The notes under the pieces: model-generated
The model's input: only the letters and a program-made list of their open reading frames with translations
The model's database searches: none
Told to the model about the DNA's origin: nothing
Assembly (NCBI GenBank): GCA_013239625.1
Contig: MU053376.1
Span: 2,344,507-2,408,506 of the forward strand
Length of the DNA: 64,000 bases
From: Lama guanicoe
Lineage: Eukaryota
Reading direction: 5' to 3'
Shown: one piece after another, positions 13,782 through 25,632 of the stretch
Numbering within the stretch: position 1 is the stretch's first letter
Layout of the letters: each line of letters begins with the position of its first letter
Translations under genes and position numbers: made by a program

Positions 13782-14105
13782 TGTTGACCTGAAACAAACA
13801 GACTGCCAGTTAGTTCTCCAGCAAAGATATTTGGGATCAGCAGAGAATTGCAATTTGCTGTCCGCAACCGTTGTGAGCAACACGCGAGTCCCCACATGGC
13901 AAGGGAAGATCACTGTCACAGGGAGGATAAGGAGGTTGGGAGGGCTCTAGTAAACGGAGTCCATGACTTTCCATTGGCTGAGCCTTGCCTGAAAAGTAGA
14001 GGAGTCTTTCTTCTTCCTCTTGGGCTCCGTTACCATCACAGAGCATAGGAGCTCCCCCTTCTGGACTCTCTTTTAATTGACGTTTCTGTTTATTAACTTT
14101 TTGCA
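13782..14105 (-). mobile_element. Solo LTR inserted in L1 ORF2
   Basis: TG...CA ends, flanks GATT/GATA, minus-strand CCAAT (ccattgg at about 13971). L1 sequence resumes on both sides. Confidence 0.7.
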
Positions 14106-14514
14106 GATACCACCAAAATGAAAATGTTCTGCTCTTCAGAAGGCACCATTAAGAGAATGTAAAGACAAGCCACAGAATGGGAGAAAATATTGGCAAAGTG
14201 TGTGTGTGATAAGATTTGTGTTCAGAAAACATAAAGTGCTCTGTAAACCTTATGATAAGAACCAAGCAATACAATGTAAAAAATGGGCAAAATATTTGAA
14301 CTTCACCAAGAATGTTATACGGGTGACAAATAAGCAATGGAAAATGCTCAACATCATGAGTCATCAGGGAAATGCAAATGAAAACTGCAATGATGTGCTA
14401 CTACATCGGAATTTACGAGAACGGCTAAAATTTAAAAAGACTAGCCTACTGAGTGTTGGTGAGGATTTGCACTGATGGGAATGTAAAATGGTACAACCAC
14501 TTTGGTAGTTTCTT

Positions 14515-14664
14515 TTTTCCTTTCTTTCTTTTTTTATAGACATCGATGGTTTAACGGATAGGGGGAGCTTACATGTCTGAAGCAAGGTCCTGGAGCGACA
14601 CCCCACTGTGTGCGGTGGAGGGTGGGCAGGACATGGCAGCAGGCTTCGCTCCTGGGGGCAGGGG
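14515..14664 (-). mobile_element. Short A-tailed retro-insertion (LTR-like body) inside L1
   Basis: T-rich tail 14515-14536, GC-rich body, TSD TGGTAGTTTCTT (14503-14514) and TGGCAGTTTCTT (14665-14676). Confidence 0.75.
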
Positions 14665-16394
14665 TGGCAGTTTCTTAAATAACTAAACAGACATCTGCCA
14701 CATGAGCCAATCATTTCCCCACAGGGCATTTACCCAAAAGAAAAGAAAGCATGTGTCCATACAAAAACTTCTACACAAATGTTCACAGCAGCTTTATTTG
14801 GATAGCTTGAAACTGGCGACTGCCCAAATGTCCACTAGAAGGTGAATGGATAAAGGAATTGTGACATATCTGGACACTGCTCAGTAATAAAGAGAAATGA
14901 ACTACTCATGTGTGTAACACCATGGATGAAACTCGGGGATGAATTACAGCGAGTTAAAGAAGCCAGACAATAAAGACAAAATACTGCAGCATGCTGTTTA
15001 TGTAATATACTAGAACATCCACACAGATCTATGTGTCAGAAAGATCAGCGGTTGTCTTGGCAGGAGTCGGGGTGGGGACACGGATGAGAGAGGCAGAAGA
15101 GGAGGAGTACAGTGGGGCAGGAGAAGACGCTGAGGGTGCTGGGTGTGTTCATAGTCCTGGCCGAGGTGATGGTTTTATGAGTATATACGTACCTCAAAGC
15201 TTGTCAAATTGTATGCTTTAGTTATAGTAAAAAAAAAGTCAACCAATTCAGAAGTTTACAAAGAAAACAAGTGAAGATTTTCCCTTTTCTCCAGATCCGA
15301 CTTGGGCTTAGACTTCAGCATGGCTCATTCTGTCGTTTCCTATGCCCACTAGCCTTCCAAGCTTTATATCTTCAGCAACTTTGATAAGCATGGCCTCCTA
15401 AACTTTTTCCAACCAAGTGACAAAATCATTGATAGGAGGAGGGAAAGGGTGGAGGCCCATGGCTGGCTATTAAAAAGGCTGACATCACTTTAGCAGTCTG
15501 TACCCTTTGAGCTACTGGCATCCTTCCCCATTCCTGTCCTTATACTCAGATTCCAGGGATGTGCTCGGTATTTGGCGACTCAAAGCCCTTTAGCACCATC
15601 TAGAATTATATACTGATATTCATTAGCTGGTATAATTAGCTTCCATGTGGGCCAAACAATGCATGCTTCCAACCAGCTATGGGGCCTGGAGGATCAAGAT
15701 ACTGGCATCCAGTCATGATGCTTTTGTTTTCCACTTAACCCTCCTCTTACTCGGCCCCCTCATCTTTAACGCTACTGTTTTGATCATCTGTTGCCAAAAA
15801 CAAACCATCTCAAAACAATGACTTCAATCAATAACTATCATTTACTTGCTCATGAAAATGAAATTTGAGCATAGCTTGGTGAGAATAGTTTGCCTTTATT
15901 TGACATGGCGATAACTAGGGTGGCTTGAAGGACAGCCGGGGACCAATGCAGTGAGTCTTCTCTGACACAAGCTCATTTAGTGGGAACTCTGAGGGTCTAG
16001 TGATCTCATCTCATGCCTTCCTGCCACCCTCCTTCCCACTTCGCTTTCAAAGTCTGCCCGTGTTGACCGATGTGCTTCCCACGAATTGCCGTCCTCAGCT
16101 ATCTCCAGGCCTCCATCTAGCATGCTTTCTTTTCCATTCCCTTGATTAACGCCTATGCATTCTTGAAGACTCAGCCAGGGGCACACCTCCACCTGAAAGT
16201 CTTCTCTGATAGCCTCTACCCCATACACTTCGATGTACATTAAGTACCTCTCAGTGAGTTCCCACAACTGGTATCTTTCCCTTTTTCAAAGCTCTTACCC
16301 TTCTGTGACAGGTTGTCCTTGTATTTATGTCTCTCCCACTAGAGTCTTAGCTCTTTAAGAGAAGGAATGGTTTTTTTTTTTTTTATTTCCAGTG

Positions 16395-16909
16395 TGTGGT
16401 GATAAAAGACATTTTCGCATATTAAGGTAATGGGAAGTCATTCTGGCTTAGACATGAGTTAACTTGAATTTTATGCCAACTAGAACAGCCTGTTTGTGGT
16501 CTATCAAACATATATTGTGCATCTGCTTTAATTATGAAAAAAAAGGGCACATTGACCAAGAGTAAAGAATGTCCATGTTAAAAATAAAGATTAAATGCCT
16601 CCCTTTCTGGGACACCAATACTTGTACCCCTTTGATGACAAACCTCCCTTCCCAGCCTCTAAGGCCACACTGCCTCGCTGTATACATGCTGATCTGGTGT
16701 TTTTTTTTTTTGAAACCTTGAAGAAATGTATCCCTGACTTGTTCGATGCTCTTTGTTCTGATGAGACATAAAACTACTGAGAACAATGCTTCTCGGGAGC
16801 AGTTCCTCAGAGCTATCTGAGAGTGTCTTCTGGGTATAGTCTCAGTTTGGCTCCAAGAAAACTCCTTTTCATTCCTATTATAGATTTTTTATTGATATTT
16901 TCATCAACA
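16395..16909 (+). mobile_element. Solo ERV1-type LTR
   Basis: TG...CA with imperfect terminal inverted repeat (tgtggtgataaaa / ttttcatcaaca), TATA-like cataaaa at about 16767, LTR-like composition. Confidence 0.7.
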
Positions 16910-17058
16910 GTGAGATATAGTCAGAGCTCAGTGTGTTAAATCAGTGAATGATGTGACGATAAAACAGATTTTGTAAGTTAAAATGATGCCGTCAAAATAC
17001 CAGGTTAGCAACAGGACCCAGAACCTGTAAAGGGCCTCAGTGATGCATGTGTATATCC

Positions 17059-17094
<36 letters not shown>
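17059..17094 (+). repeat. (TG)n(TA)n compound microsatellite
   Basis: Direct reading. Confidence 0.9.
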
Positions 17095-19622
17095 GCTGGA
17101 GTCTATAGGGCGTTTCAGAGCAGGGCTTCACACGTAGCCAGCACGTTTTAAGTGTTTACTGCAACTGTTACTTCTACTACAACACTGACGGCTTCTGCAG
17201 CTTTCGGAGATAGAGCTGTCCTTGTCAGAGTCTCTTTTTGCTGACATCAGGCCTTTTCCCTTGAACAGGACCTCGGATGTCACCATTGGCCCCCTCCCAG
17301 GTGCTCCTCCTCCCCCTCAGGCTCTGGGAGTTCACTGAGGTTAGAATTCCAGGAACAGGAATTCCCAGGAAGAGGAAGTGTATGCAAGGCTAACAGAATC
17401 TGGGTGTGCCTTTCTTCGGCAAAAGCTCAGTCTCTGCTCCAGAGCCAGCATTTCTCCCTTATGAGCTTCGTTGCAGCAGGTGGATGCAGGGCTTGCCATT
17501 TGCCAGGCATCTCTGAGCCTCCCCAGGCTTGGCAGAGCTGCCGAGAGGCAGAAGGGACAGGCTCCTCTGGTATCTGCCACCCTGTGATCAGCATCCACCT
17601 TCCCTCTGCCCTTTGAACCTGGGGTCATTGGGGGGAAAGCAGGAGGAGAGTGCACCCGCTGGTGTGAAAGCTGAGTGCACGTGGGGAGAGGGCTGAGTCT
17701 GCACCTCATTTAGGGGGAGGTGCCCAGGCTCTTCAAGTTCCCTCAGGACTCGCTCTTGCCCTGCCTTTCTGGGGCGTGGGGTGTGGAGCTGAAAAGCCCC
17801 ATATTTCTCCTCATCACGTCCCTGCCCCACCCTGTCTGGAATTTGGGGGAACTTGAGCATGGCCATTTTAGCCTGATTAATAATTGTGATTAATAATTGG
17901 TGCTGGGAAAAAAAATGGGTTTCCGGGCTGAGCTTGAAAAGTTTTCCGGAAAAGGAAAAGGGAAATTTCCAAGATGCCTCCGAGAAAAGGGGACAAGGCA
18001 AGATCTTGGGTAGGAGGTTGAGTGCAGGGAGCCATCGAGGAGGGTTCACGGGGGACACCCAGGATAGAAGGGCTGGAAAGTAGGATACATGAGGATGGCA
18101 GATATAAGTCCCTTGAAGAGCCACAGCTTGGGACGAAGATAGGACAGGACTTCTGGGGAGGACACTGGAGTCTAGTGGGTGATCTGGAGGAAAGAATGGA
18201 ATTCTGTTCTTTTCTGGGGTTCCTCTCCCATGTTTCTGGTTAAACCTCACTTCTGTCGGGAGGTCTTCCCTGACTTGTGGACCAGGTTAGGGACCCCCAC
18301 CCCCTTGCACACCTCCCCTAGCGCAGCGCTGTTATAACCCTCACCTCATCCCACCGTCAAACTCTATGGTCCACACCCAGGTCCTCCGTTACTAGCTCTA
18401 TGGCCTTAGCCAAGCATTCAAACTCTTTTTACCTAAATTCCTTCTATCTGTAATGTGGCTGAATATAGTACCTCCTTACCGGTTTGTAAGGGTGAAATAA
18501 AGTAATACATTGAAAGGGAGGAGCACGGAGGCCAGCTCTTGAATGGCAAGGGTGATGTAGTGACCACGACTGGCTTTAATGGCCTGTCTCCCCTACCGCT
18601 CCCAGGCCCTGGGGCAGGACTGCTGGTGCTGTCCGCCATCGTGCTCCCAGAACCTCGCCCAGAGCCTGGCAAGTTGTAAGGGCCCAGCGAGTATTTGGTG
18701 AGTGAATATACAAGTGACTAAAGTAGATTCAAGTTAGGGCCCTTGTGGGGGTTAGGCCTGGAGTTATAGGTCACTCTGTGCACCTGCTAAACATTGTTCT
18801 CTAGTGATCTTGAGTTAAAAATGGCTCCAAGTTTATTCTTGCATAGAATGACTATGAGCTGTCATTTTTCTTTCCTTCTATTTTTCTGTGGTCTCTATGA
18901 TTTTTCTGGACCCAAACAAGAGTGACTTTTTAATGATTAAAAAAGATAAAATGTTATGAAGCAAACATAACACTCTACACTGTTGGGAACAGAGCTGTGG
19001 CAGCAGGGTAACCACGGGAGAGTGACGCAGAGAATGGCTTGTGTTTCTGCTCTCCTTCCCATCAGCTTTCTCAGCCCTCCAGGGCACCCTGGGGGGGTCT
19101 CACAACCTGGGGCTCCCAGGCTGGGGGAGGCACTAGCAGCCACCCCATGGGGGAGGGAAGAAAGAAGCAAGGTGCTTCGGTTGGAGTCCTAGCTCTGCCT
19201 GGCTGCATAATCCTCCGATCACTGAGCCTCCACTTCTCCATCTGGAAAAGGGAGATAAAGGCACTGCCCCACTTAGGTGGCATTCTGAGTATAAAGCAGT
19301 ACTGTGTGTGGGGACGGAGGGCACAGGATGATGCGCAGAGGCTGCTTGTGAATGAGAGGGTTACCGATGGGGAAGAAGAAAGGTACGGACGCTCCTCAGT
19401 AAGTTACATTCCCGCTGCTGGCGTTTCAGATTAAAAAACATTCATTGAGTTTCTCCCTTCAGCTAAGAGCTGTCCTACATATCACAGTGTCAATCTTCAT
19501 TCGCACCATCTTACAGATGAGAAAACTGAGGCTATTAGAAGATAGCCTTATGGGACTGGCCCAAGGTCACACAAGCGATTAGTTAGTGGCAAAACCAGAG
19601 GTCAGATCCAGCCCTTCTTTCT

Positions 19623-19735
19623 CAGGGTGACCAACTTGTCTTGGTTTGCCCAGGACTTTTCTGTCTTTAAGACTGGAAGTCCTGTGTCCTAGGAAACTCC
19701 TTAGTCCCAGGCAAACTGGGACGGTTGGTCACTCT
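19623..19735. mobile_element. hAT MITE, MER81/MER94-like
   Basis: Terminal inverted repeats agggtgaccaac / gttggtcactct with sub-terminal gggac repeats. A more decayed copy lies at about 49021-49125. Confidence 0.75.
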
Positions 19736-22700
19736 TAAGTCCTAGGCTCATTCCATAAACTGGCATCATCTGGCTTTCCAAGGAACACGAGGACTGTAGA
19801 TCTAGAGAAGCCAGAAATTATTCACCCCTGCTTCTTCCTAAGGGAAAAGTGCTCCAAGCCCCCAGCCCTGGGAAGACCCTTCTACAGGCAGGACTAGCCT
19901 GAACAAACCCAAAGGAAAGACCAGATGGGCAGCTCCTTCCAGCATCAGATCAGTTTCCCTTTCTGTGACTTCATCACTGAGCATGTCGTAATCTGCTCTT
20001 AGGCAAATAGGCAGAGAGAAAAGGCACCTCTTCCTTTCCGGACGAGCGCCCCTCCCTGTGTGCTCATCATGCCTCACATGGGAATACAGCATACAATTTG
20101 TAAGAAGAGGGCAGGGCAGAAGTTTCCACCCCCACTTCTCCAGATAAGGAAACTGAGGCACAAAAAGGCTGACCTATCCAAAATTATACAGCCATCATAA
20201 ACTAGACCAAAACCCAAGTCCTTTAAGGTTTTAAATGTAGAGTTCATGGACTCTTGAAGGTCTGCAGGTGGGCATCGTAGGAAAAGTTCGTGCGTATGTG
20301 TGTTTTGGGGGGTGGCATTCCATATATTTCACCGATTGCTCAGAAGAATGAATCAGACATCTTGGATCTGTAGTCTGTACGTGATTAACTTCTTCTCTGA
20401 TACAGCTGGCCAAATAGAATTTTTTCTCCCTTGCTTTTTGATAATTCTTCAATGTCTATAAAATGTCATATTCAGAATTGTTTCCTCTGTTACCACATTT
20501 TGTTTACTTCTCAACAAAGATGCATACTCCGAAAGGGAAAAGACCTATATAATTCAAACCTTTGACAGCCAGAGTTATTCTGCCTCCAGTCCTTCCTGGG
20601 CGCTTATTGCTTTGGACACCGTGAGAGAAGCATGCAAACCTTTTGGGCCTGACCTCTATGATGTGTTTTTAAAGGAAGGGTTTCACTTAAGAGGTACAGC
20701 AGATTAGTGTTCCTGTGGTACGAATCCAGGGATTCCCTCTCCACCAGGTTCCTGCCTAGCAGGCAAACTGTTCGTGTTGAACTCACCAAAACCCCGTGCA
20801 GGTGGGTGTGGGAAACACCAAAGAACCATGCAATTGTCTCTGACTTTGGGAGGCCCCATTTCCTGTCATCCATACATTCATGTAATAAGCATTATTGGAG
20901 TGCCTACTAGGCTAGAGGAGGTAAACTAACAAACAAGCCAGACCCCTGCCATCATGGAGTGTATATCCAAGCACGAACTTGACCTTAGTTTCTCAAACTA
21001 AAAAAAGCCATCAGGGTGCCAGTGGAACGCGCTCTCTGATGTGGAGACACAGACTCAGTCCTTCTCAGGCTTCAAGTCTGTTGGGAGAGAGATTCCAGAA
21101 CGGCTCAACTAACCGGAAGTGAAATTGACCAGAGCACAAACTAAGTCCACAAGTCGCGAGGGGAGAGAGCGCAGTGAGGGTGGTGAGAGAAATTCCTGGA
21201 GGAACTGCATCTCGCTTTAAGTTTGAGCCCTACGCCGAAAATCCTAGCTCACTTCTAAGAGATGCCCCAGCTGGCTCCCGCTCAGCGTGCCAGACTGAAT
21301 AAATCTGTACCTGGATTTGATGGAGGTTGAGCTACCCAGGGAAGAAAGTCCTCCTGGAAAGGAGGTGTAAGCAAAGCCTTGGGCTTTCCGAATGGACTGC
21401 ATCCTAAGAGCTGGGGTGATACCACGGCGGTCTGCTGGTTGGGGTTTCCTCCAGGAAAGAACGTGGAAGCAAGATGTAGTCCTCACGCCTGGCCTGCTGT
21501 CACACCACAAGTATTTCAGACCATCAGGCCTCTCTCCGCTGCCCACTTACTCTACATACGCAGTTAGCTGATGGCCTCCAGGCCAACCCCCTCCTCCTCC
21601 CAGGTCTGCTGCCCTGAAGCCCTTCCCAGGAACTCCCTGGCTCCCGGTGCCCAGGGGAGCAGCTCGTTTCAACTGACAAAGTTCATTTTACCAATCAGGG
21701 AAAAACCACGTCTGATTTCTGCAGAATCACAGTTTCTGCTGATGAGCTTGGATATGTTGGCTGGGAAGGGCCTTCTGAAGCCAGACCCTGTACCATTCGC
21801 TGCTCTGTTTTTCCTTAGCTTCAAGGGAAGAGGTGTCTTTATTTGCATAGTAGGAAGGTTTGAAATCAGAAGAGGTGACAAAAGGGCATATGAATGAAAA
21901 GAGCACTGGATTGAGAGTGTGGGGATGTGGGTTCTGGCCCCTACCCCAGAGCTATTCAGCTTTGGGCAAGACACGTCTTCTGTGTGAGTCCCAGCTGCTT
22001 CTTCCTCTGGAAGTGAGAAGGCTGGACCAGACGCTCCTTCCTGTCTGGTAGACTGAAGTGGTTAAGGATAGAGATGCTGGAATCAGGCTGTTTAGATTGC
22101 ATCCTGATCATAAGCTTACTCCCTGGGTGCCCCCGGGCAGGTTCTTGACAGCGTTGTCTCAGCTTCCTCCTTTAAAACAATAGACACAAAAACACCATCT
22201 GCCCCGCGGAGCATGTGTGAAGATTAAAAGTGATAAGGGATATAAGTGTTTAACACAGTGCGGTGTCGATCAGTGAGCACACTCCTTGTTAGCTAGTACT
22301 GTGAGCCTCGCTCCTCCAGCCTCTGAATTTAAAGTCTGGGACCCTGAGAAATGTCAGATGATGGAATGAAAGGCACAGGAAACGTCTGGCCCTGATCCCA
22401 TTCTTCTGATTCTCCCTGGAGCAAGCTGAGGCACTAGAGCAGGAGAGCAGGAATTTGGCCTCTCCCCACAGCTCAGGACGCCCTGGGTGGACTTGAGGGA
22501 CGTGTTGCCTCAGAAGAGGTGCTATGGTGACATGTTTGTGTTGGCAGGCTCGGGAAGGAAGTGAGTGTGTCTGCATGGGCTGTTATAGAGGAACTCAGTC
22601 TATCTCTTCCATTGGAGCAAGTTGATAGCTCATTTCTAAAACAGAGAGTTCAGAAATGCAACAAAGGCGTGTTCCTTAGAATTACGAAGCTAAATAGCCA

Positions 22701-23359
22701 AAGAGGAAGCTGAACGTTGAAAACTGTTCCCTACAGAGCGTAGGAATAGGTGGGTAGGGAGGTCTGGGGCAACCGCCTGCAGGTTTCATCATATACGTGC
22801 CATCTAAAATTACATATCTGGAAATCTTTGATTAAAAATAAAATCAAATTAGAAAAAACAGATAAATGCAATATATTATCCTAGGGTCTGTGGTCAGGGG
22901 ATTTGCTGTTTAGTGAAGGAAGTTCCCGTCTCATATGTTCTTATAAAATTCACAGAAGTAACATATGTTTACCTTCATCAGTTAGGTTCAGGGTCCTTTT
23001 CCATTCTGGCCTCCCCTCTGTCACACTTCCCCTGATGTCAGGTGACATTAGAGAGGCCACAGTACCTAGGGGATCTGAACAAGGAGCAGCTGACTTGAGG
23101 ATGCATTTGGTCTTTAGAGAGATGCATTTACATTGCTTGGAATCACATCTGTGTGTGGTTAAGATATTGCTACCCATCCTGGTGGAAGAATGGCATTCAG
23201 GAATATTCCTTCCACCCACTGTGCTGACTCTTATGACCGGAAGTGTGTGGATATTAGAAGAGAAGCAAAGTTTGAGATGTATGGAGCCAGAAGAAAACGT
23301 GTCAGCAGTTCTTCCAGGCATCAGACATGTGAAATTGTAAGGCAGAGATTTGGTTTTCA

Positions 23360-24056
23360 TTAAAAGTGGAAGTGGAAACATTTACTCAGTAATGCGGTAT
23401 ATATGATTAGAAATGAACCATATACTTTCTTCTTTTCTAATGGAAATGTCATGAAGTAGAATTTATCAGAATTTCTGTGTTTGTAGGACATAAACCTGTA
23501 GCGTACTTTATGCATGTCAACTATTGGTGACAAAAACTCAATTTTGAACAACCATACCAAAGGAAAGACTGACTTATTTTTTTAAATCCTCTTTAGAGAA
23601 AATAACAGTTAAAATGTCATTGTCATAGAAAAAGCAAACAAAGAGGCATTAGGTAGTTAACTTATTAAAGTGTTGAGCTATCTTTCAGGATTTTGTGGGG
23701 TTTTGGTATTTGTCAACTTAAAAAATTTTTTTTAATTAAATTTTTTTTCTTTTTTGGGGGGAGGAGGTAATTAGGTTTATTTATTTTATTATTATTATTG
23801 TTATTATTATTTTTTAATGGAAATGCTGGGAATTGAACCCAAGACCTCGTACCTGCTAAGCACGCCCTCTACCACTGAGCTATATACCCTTCCACTGCCT
23901 TGTTAGCTTTTAAAGGTTTGTAATTTGTTGTGTTTATTTCCCATTCTAAATAAAAATATTCACTTTTGTCCTTAATTTTGAACTTCTATTTTAAAATTCC
24001 TTTTCATAAAAAGCAACCCATGAGTTACAGCCCCAAACAAGCTGAGTTTGGCCCTG
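23360..24056 (+). mobile_element. hAT-Tip100 (Zaphod-like) transposon 3' fragment
   Basis: aaggaaagactgacttatt...atcctctttagagaaaataac...tcattgtcatagaa resembles a decayed hAT C-terminal dimerisation coding segment. Terminus ...tttggccctg. Confidence 0.5.
23735..23893 (-). mobile_element. Vic-1-like SINE
   Basis: Reverse A/B boxes (gggaattgaacccaagacctcg...ctctaccactgagctatataccc) and T-rich tail. Confidence 0.85.
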
Positions 24057-24087
24057 GTTGGGGTTGAAGTCTGTACAGGGTCCAGTG

Positions 24088-24340
24088 GAGAGTTGACAGA
24101 TCTAACAAATAAAAATACAGGATGCCTCGTTAACTTTGAATTTCAGATGAATAAGCACTGAAATGTGTTCATCTGAAACTCAAGGGGGACGGTGTAGCTT
24201 GGTGGTAGAGCGCATGCCTAGCACGCAGGGCATCCTAGATTCAGTACCCAGTACCTCCGTTACAAATAAATAAATAAAAATTAACCGAATTACCTGCCCT
24301 TCCCCCCAAAACACCTCAGAGTTAACTGGGCTTGTTGCAT
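24088..24340. mobile_element. MER53-like palindromic MITE interrupted by a SINE
   Basis: aaataaaaatacaggatgcctcgttaactttgaatttcagatgaa...ttcatctgaaactcaa[SINE]...gttaactgggc. Confidence 0.65.
24184..24310 (+). mobile_element. Vic-1-like SINE (diverged)
   Basis: gggggacggtgtagcttggtggtagagcgcatgcctagcacg...cccagtacctcc, (taaa)n, aattacctgccc. Confidence 0.85.
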
Positions 24341-25499
24341 CCCTCCAGTGGGAATATGAAAGAAACAGGAGTCAATTCAACCAGGGTAGGGGTAGGGAGA
24401 GGGAGGGGAGCGGGAGAGGGCAAGGAAATGGGGAGAGAATTCGCAAGGAAGTCCCACTGGGCTAAGTCTTGAAAATGGGTAGGTTTTGCAAGGCAGAAGA
24501 GCATAGGGAGTGAGGAGGCAGTGAGATGTGGGGGTTTGTCAGGAGAGGTGAGGCTGGAGATGTGGACAAGGTCCAGATTGCGATGGGTCTGAAGTGCCAC
24601 TGGGAGCAGCCTACCCTTTGTCTTGGAGGTGCCCTGGGGCCCCGCTGGCAGGTTTAGGCTGGGGAAGCACACCGCATGTAGGTTTGCATTTTAGACAGCC
24701 TGGTGCCTCGGAGAGGGTAGGTTGTTGAGAGTGAGACCAGGTCAGCGAACCAGGCAGGCAACGTCTGGACTCTTCCCATGACCCATCCCTGGCTCCCTGG
24801 CTCCCCGGCTCCCCATCTCCAGTCCCCACTGGGGCCATTTCACGGCTTTTGAGCCACTGAATCCATTGACACAAGGTGCCAAACAAGAACTGGGGCGCTA
24901 GGTCTCCGGGTGTGACTGAGAGCCCTGGAGGATGAAAAAGGAGAAGGAAACACCAGGAAGATGGAGCATAGGTGCCCAACGTGGGTTTGCCCTTCTCTCC
25001 CCAGCAGCCCAGGAGTGGCCAGTTTGAATTCCCTCAGGTCATCAACTTCCTGGGTGAAGGCAAGTCAGAACGGCTTGGCTTGGGAGAGTTACGTCACCTC
25101 CCCTGCTAAACAGGCTTGAGGTTCCCCACAGCTTTACATTCCATTCCACTCCTCCCGGTGCTGAGATGGGAAGGCAGTGCAGGCTTAGAAAGGCACTGGG
25201 CTCTAAAATTAACAACAAAGTTTAGCATCCTCTAATCTTATGATGTGCCAGGCACTGGGCCGAGGGCTACATTTGATCATTTAATCTACATGCCATGCCT
25301 ACATGTTGAATATTCATGAAGTGTGATGAGCGTCACGTTGCAGATGACTAAGCAGACGCGCAGAGCTTAACCCACCGGCCTTCAATCTGACAGCCCGAGG
25401 GGCCGAGGTAGTCCGCCTGAAGCGGGCTGACCCCCAGCTTCCCAGCCGCCACGACGCACTGAGCGCTGGAGGGGAGCTGGGCACACATCACGCATTTTC

Positions 25500-25632
25500 C
25501 CTTTCTTTTTTTCGGTGGGGGGTTGCGTAATTAGATATTAATTTATTTATTTGATGGAGGTACAGGGGATTGAACCCAGGACCTCGTGCGTGCTAAGCAC
25601 ACACGCTACCACTGAGCTACATACCCGCCCCC
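25500..25632 (-). mobile_element. Vic-1-like SINE
   Basis: ggggattgaacccaggacctcgtgcgtgctaagcac...accactgagctacataccc. Confidence 0.85.

Larger units (their letters stand above)
11290..15230 (+). mobile_element. Old L1 (L1M-type), internally deleted: ORF1 end, ORF2 pieces and 3'UTR, carrying nested insertions
   Basis: L1 hallmarks (gcagatttctcactggaaacaatg; aaaaggcatccagattgaaaaggaagaa; caaatgcaaatgaaaact; 3'UTR ending in A-run at about 15230). Antisense ORFs at 13122 and 13579 are typical L1 antisense translations. Confidence 0.9.

Noticed and set aside
17588..18250. Longest ORF in the track (220 aa, minus strand)
   Set aside because: No recognisable domain, non-ATG start and no splice context. 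Likely chance.
22903..23381. Overlapping 145-aa and 143-aa ORFs on opposite strands
   Set aside because: No family resemblance, and adjacent to a decayed hAT remnant. No evidence of coding.
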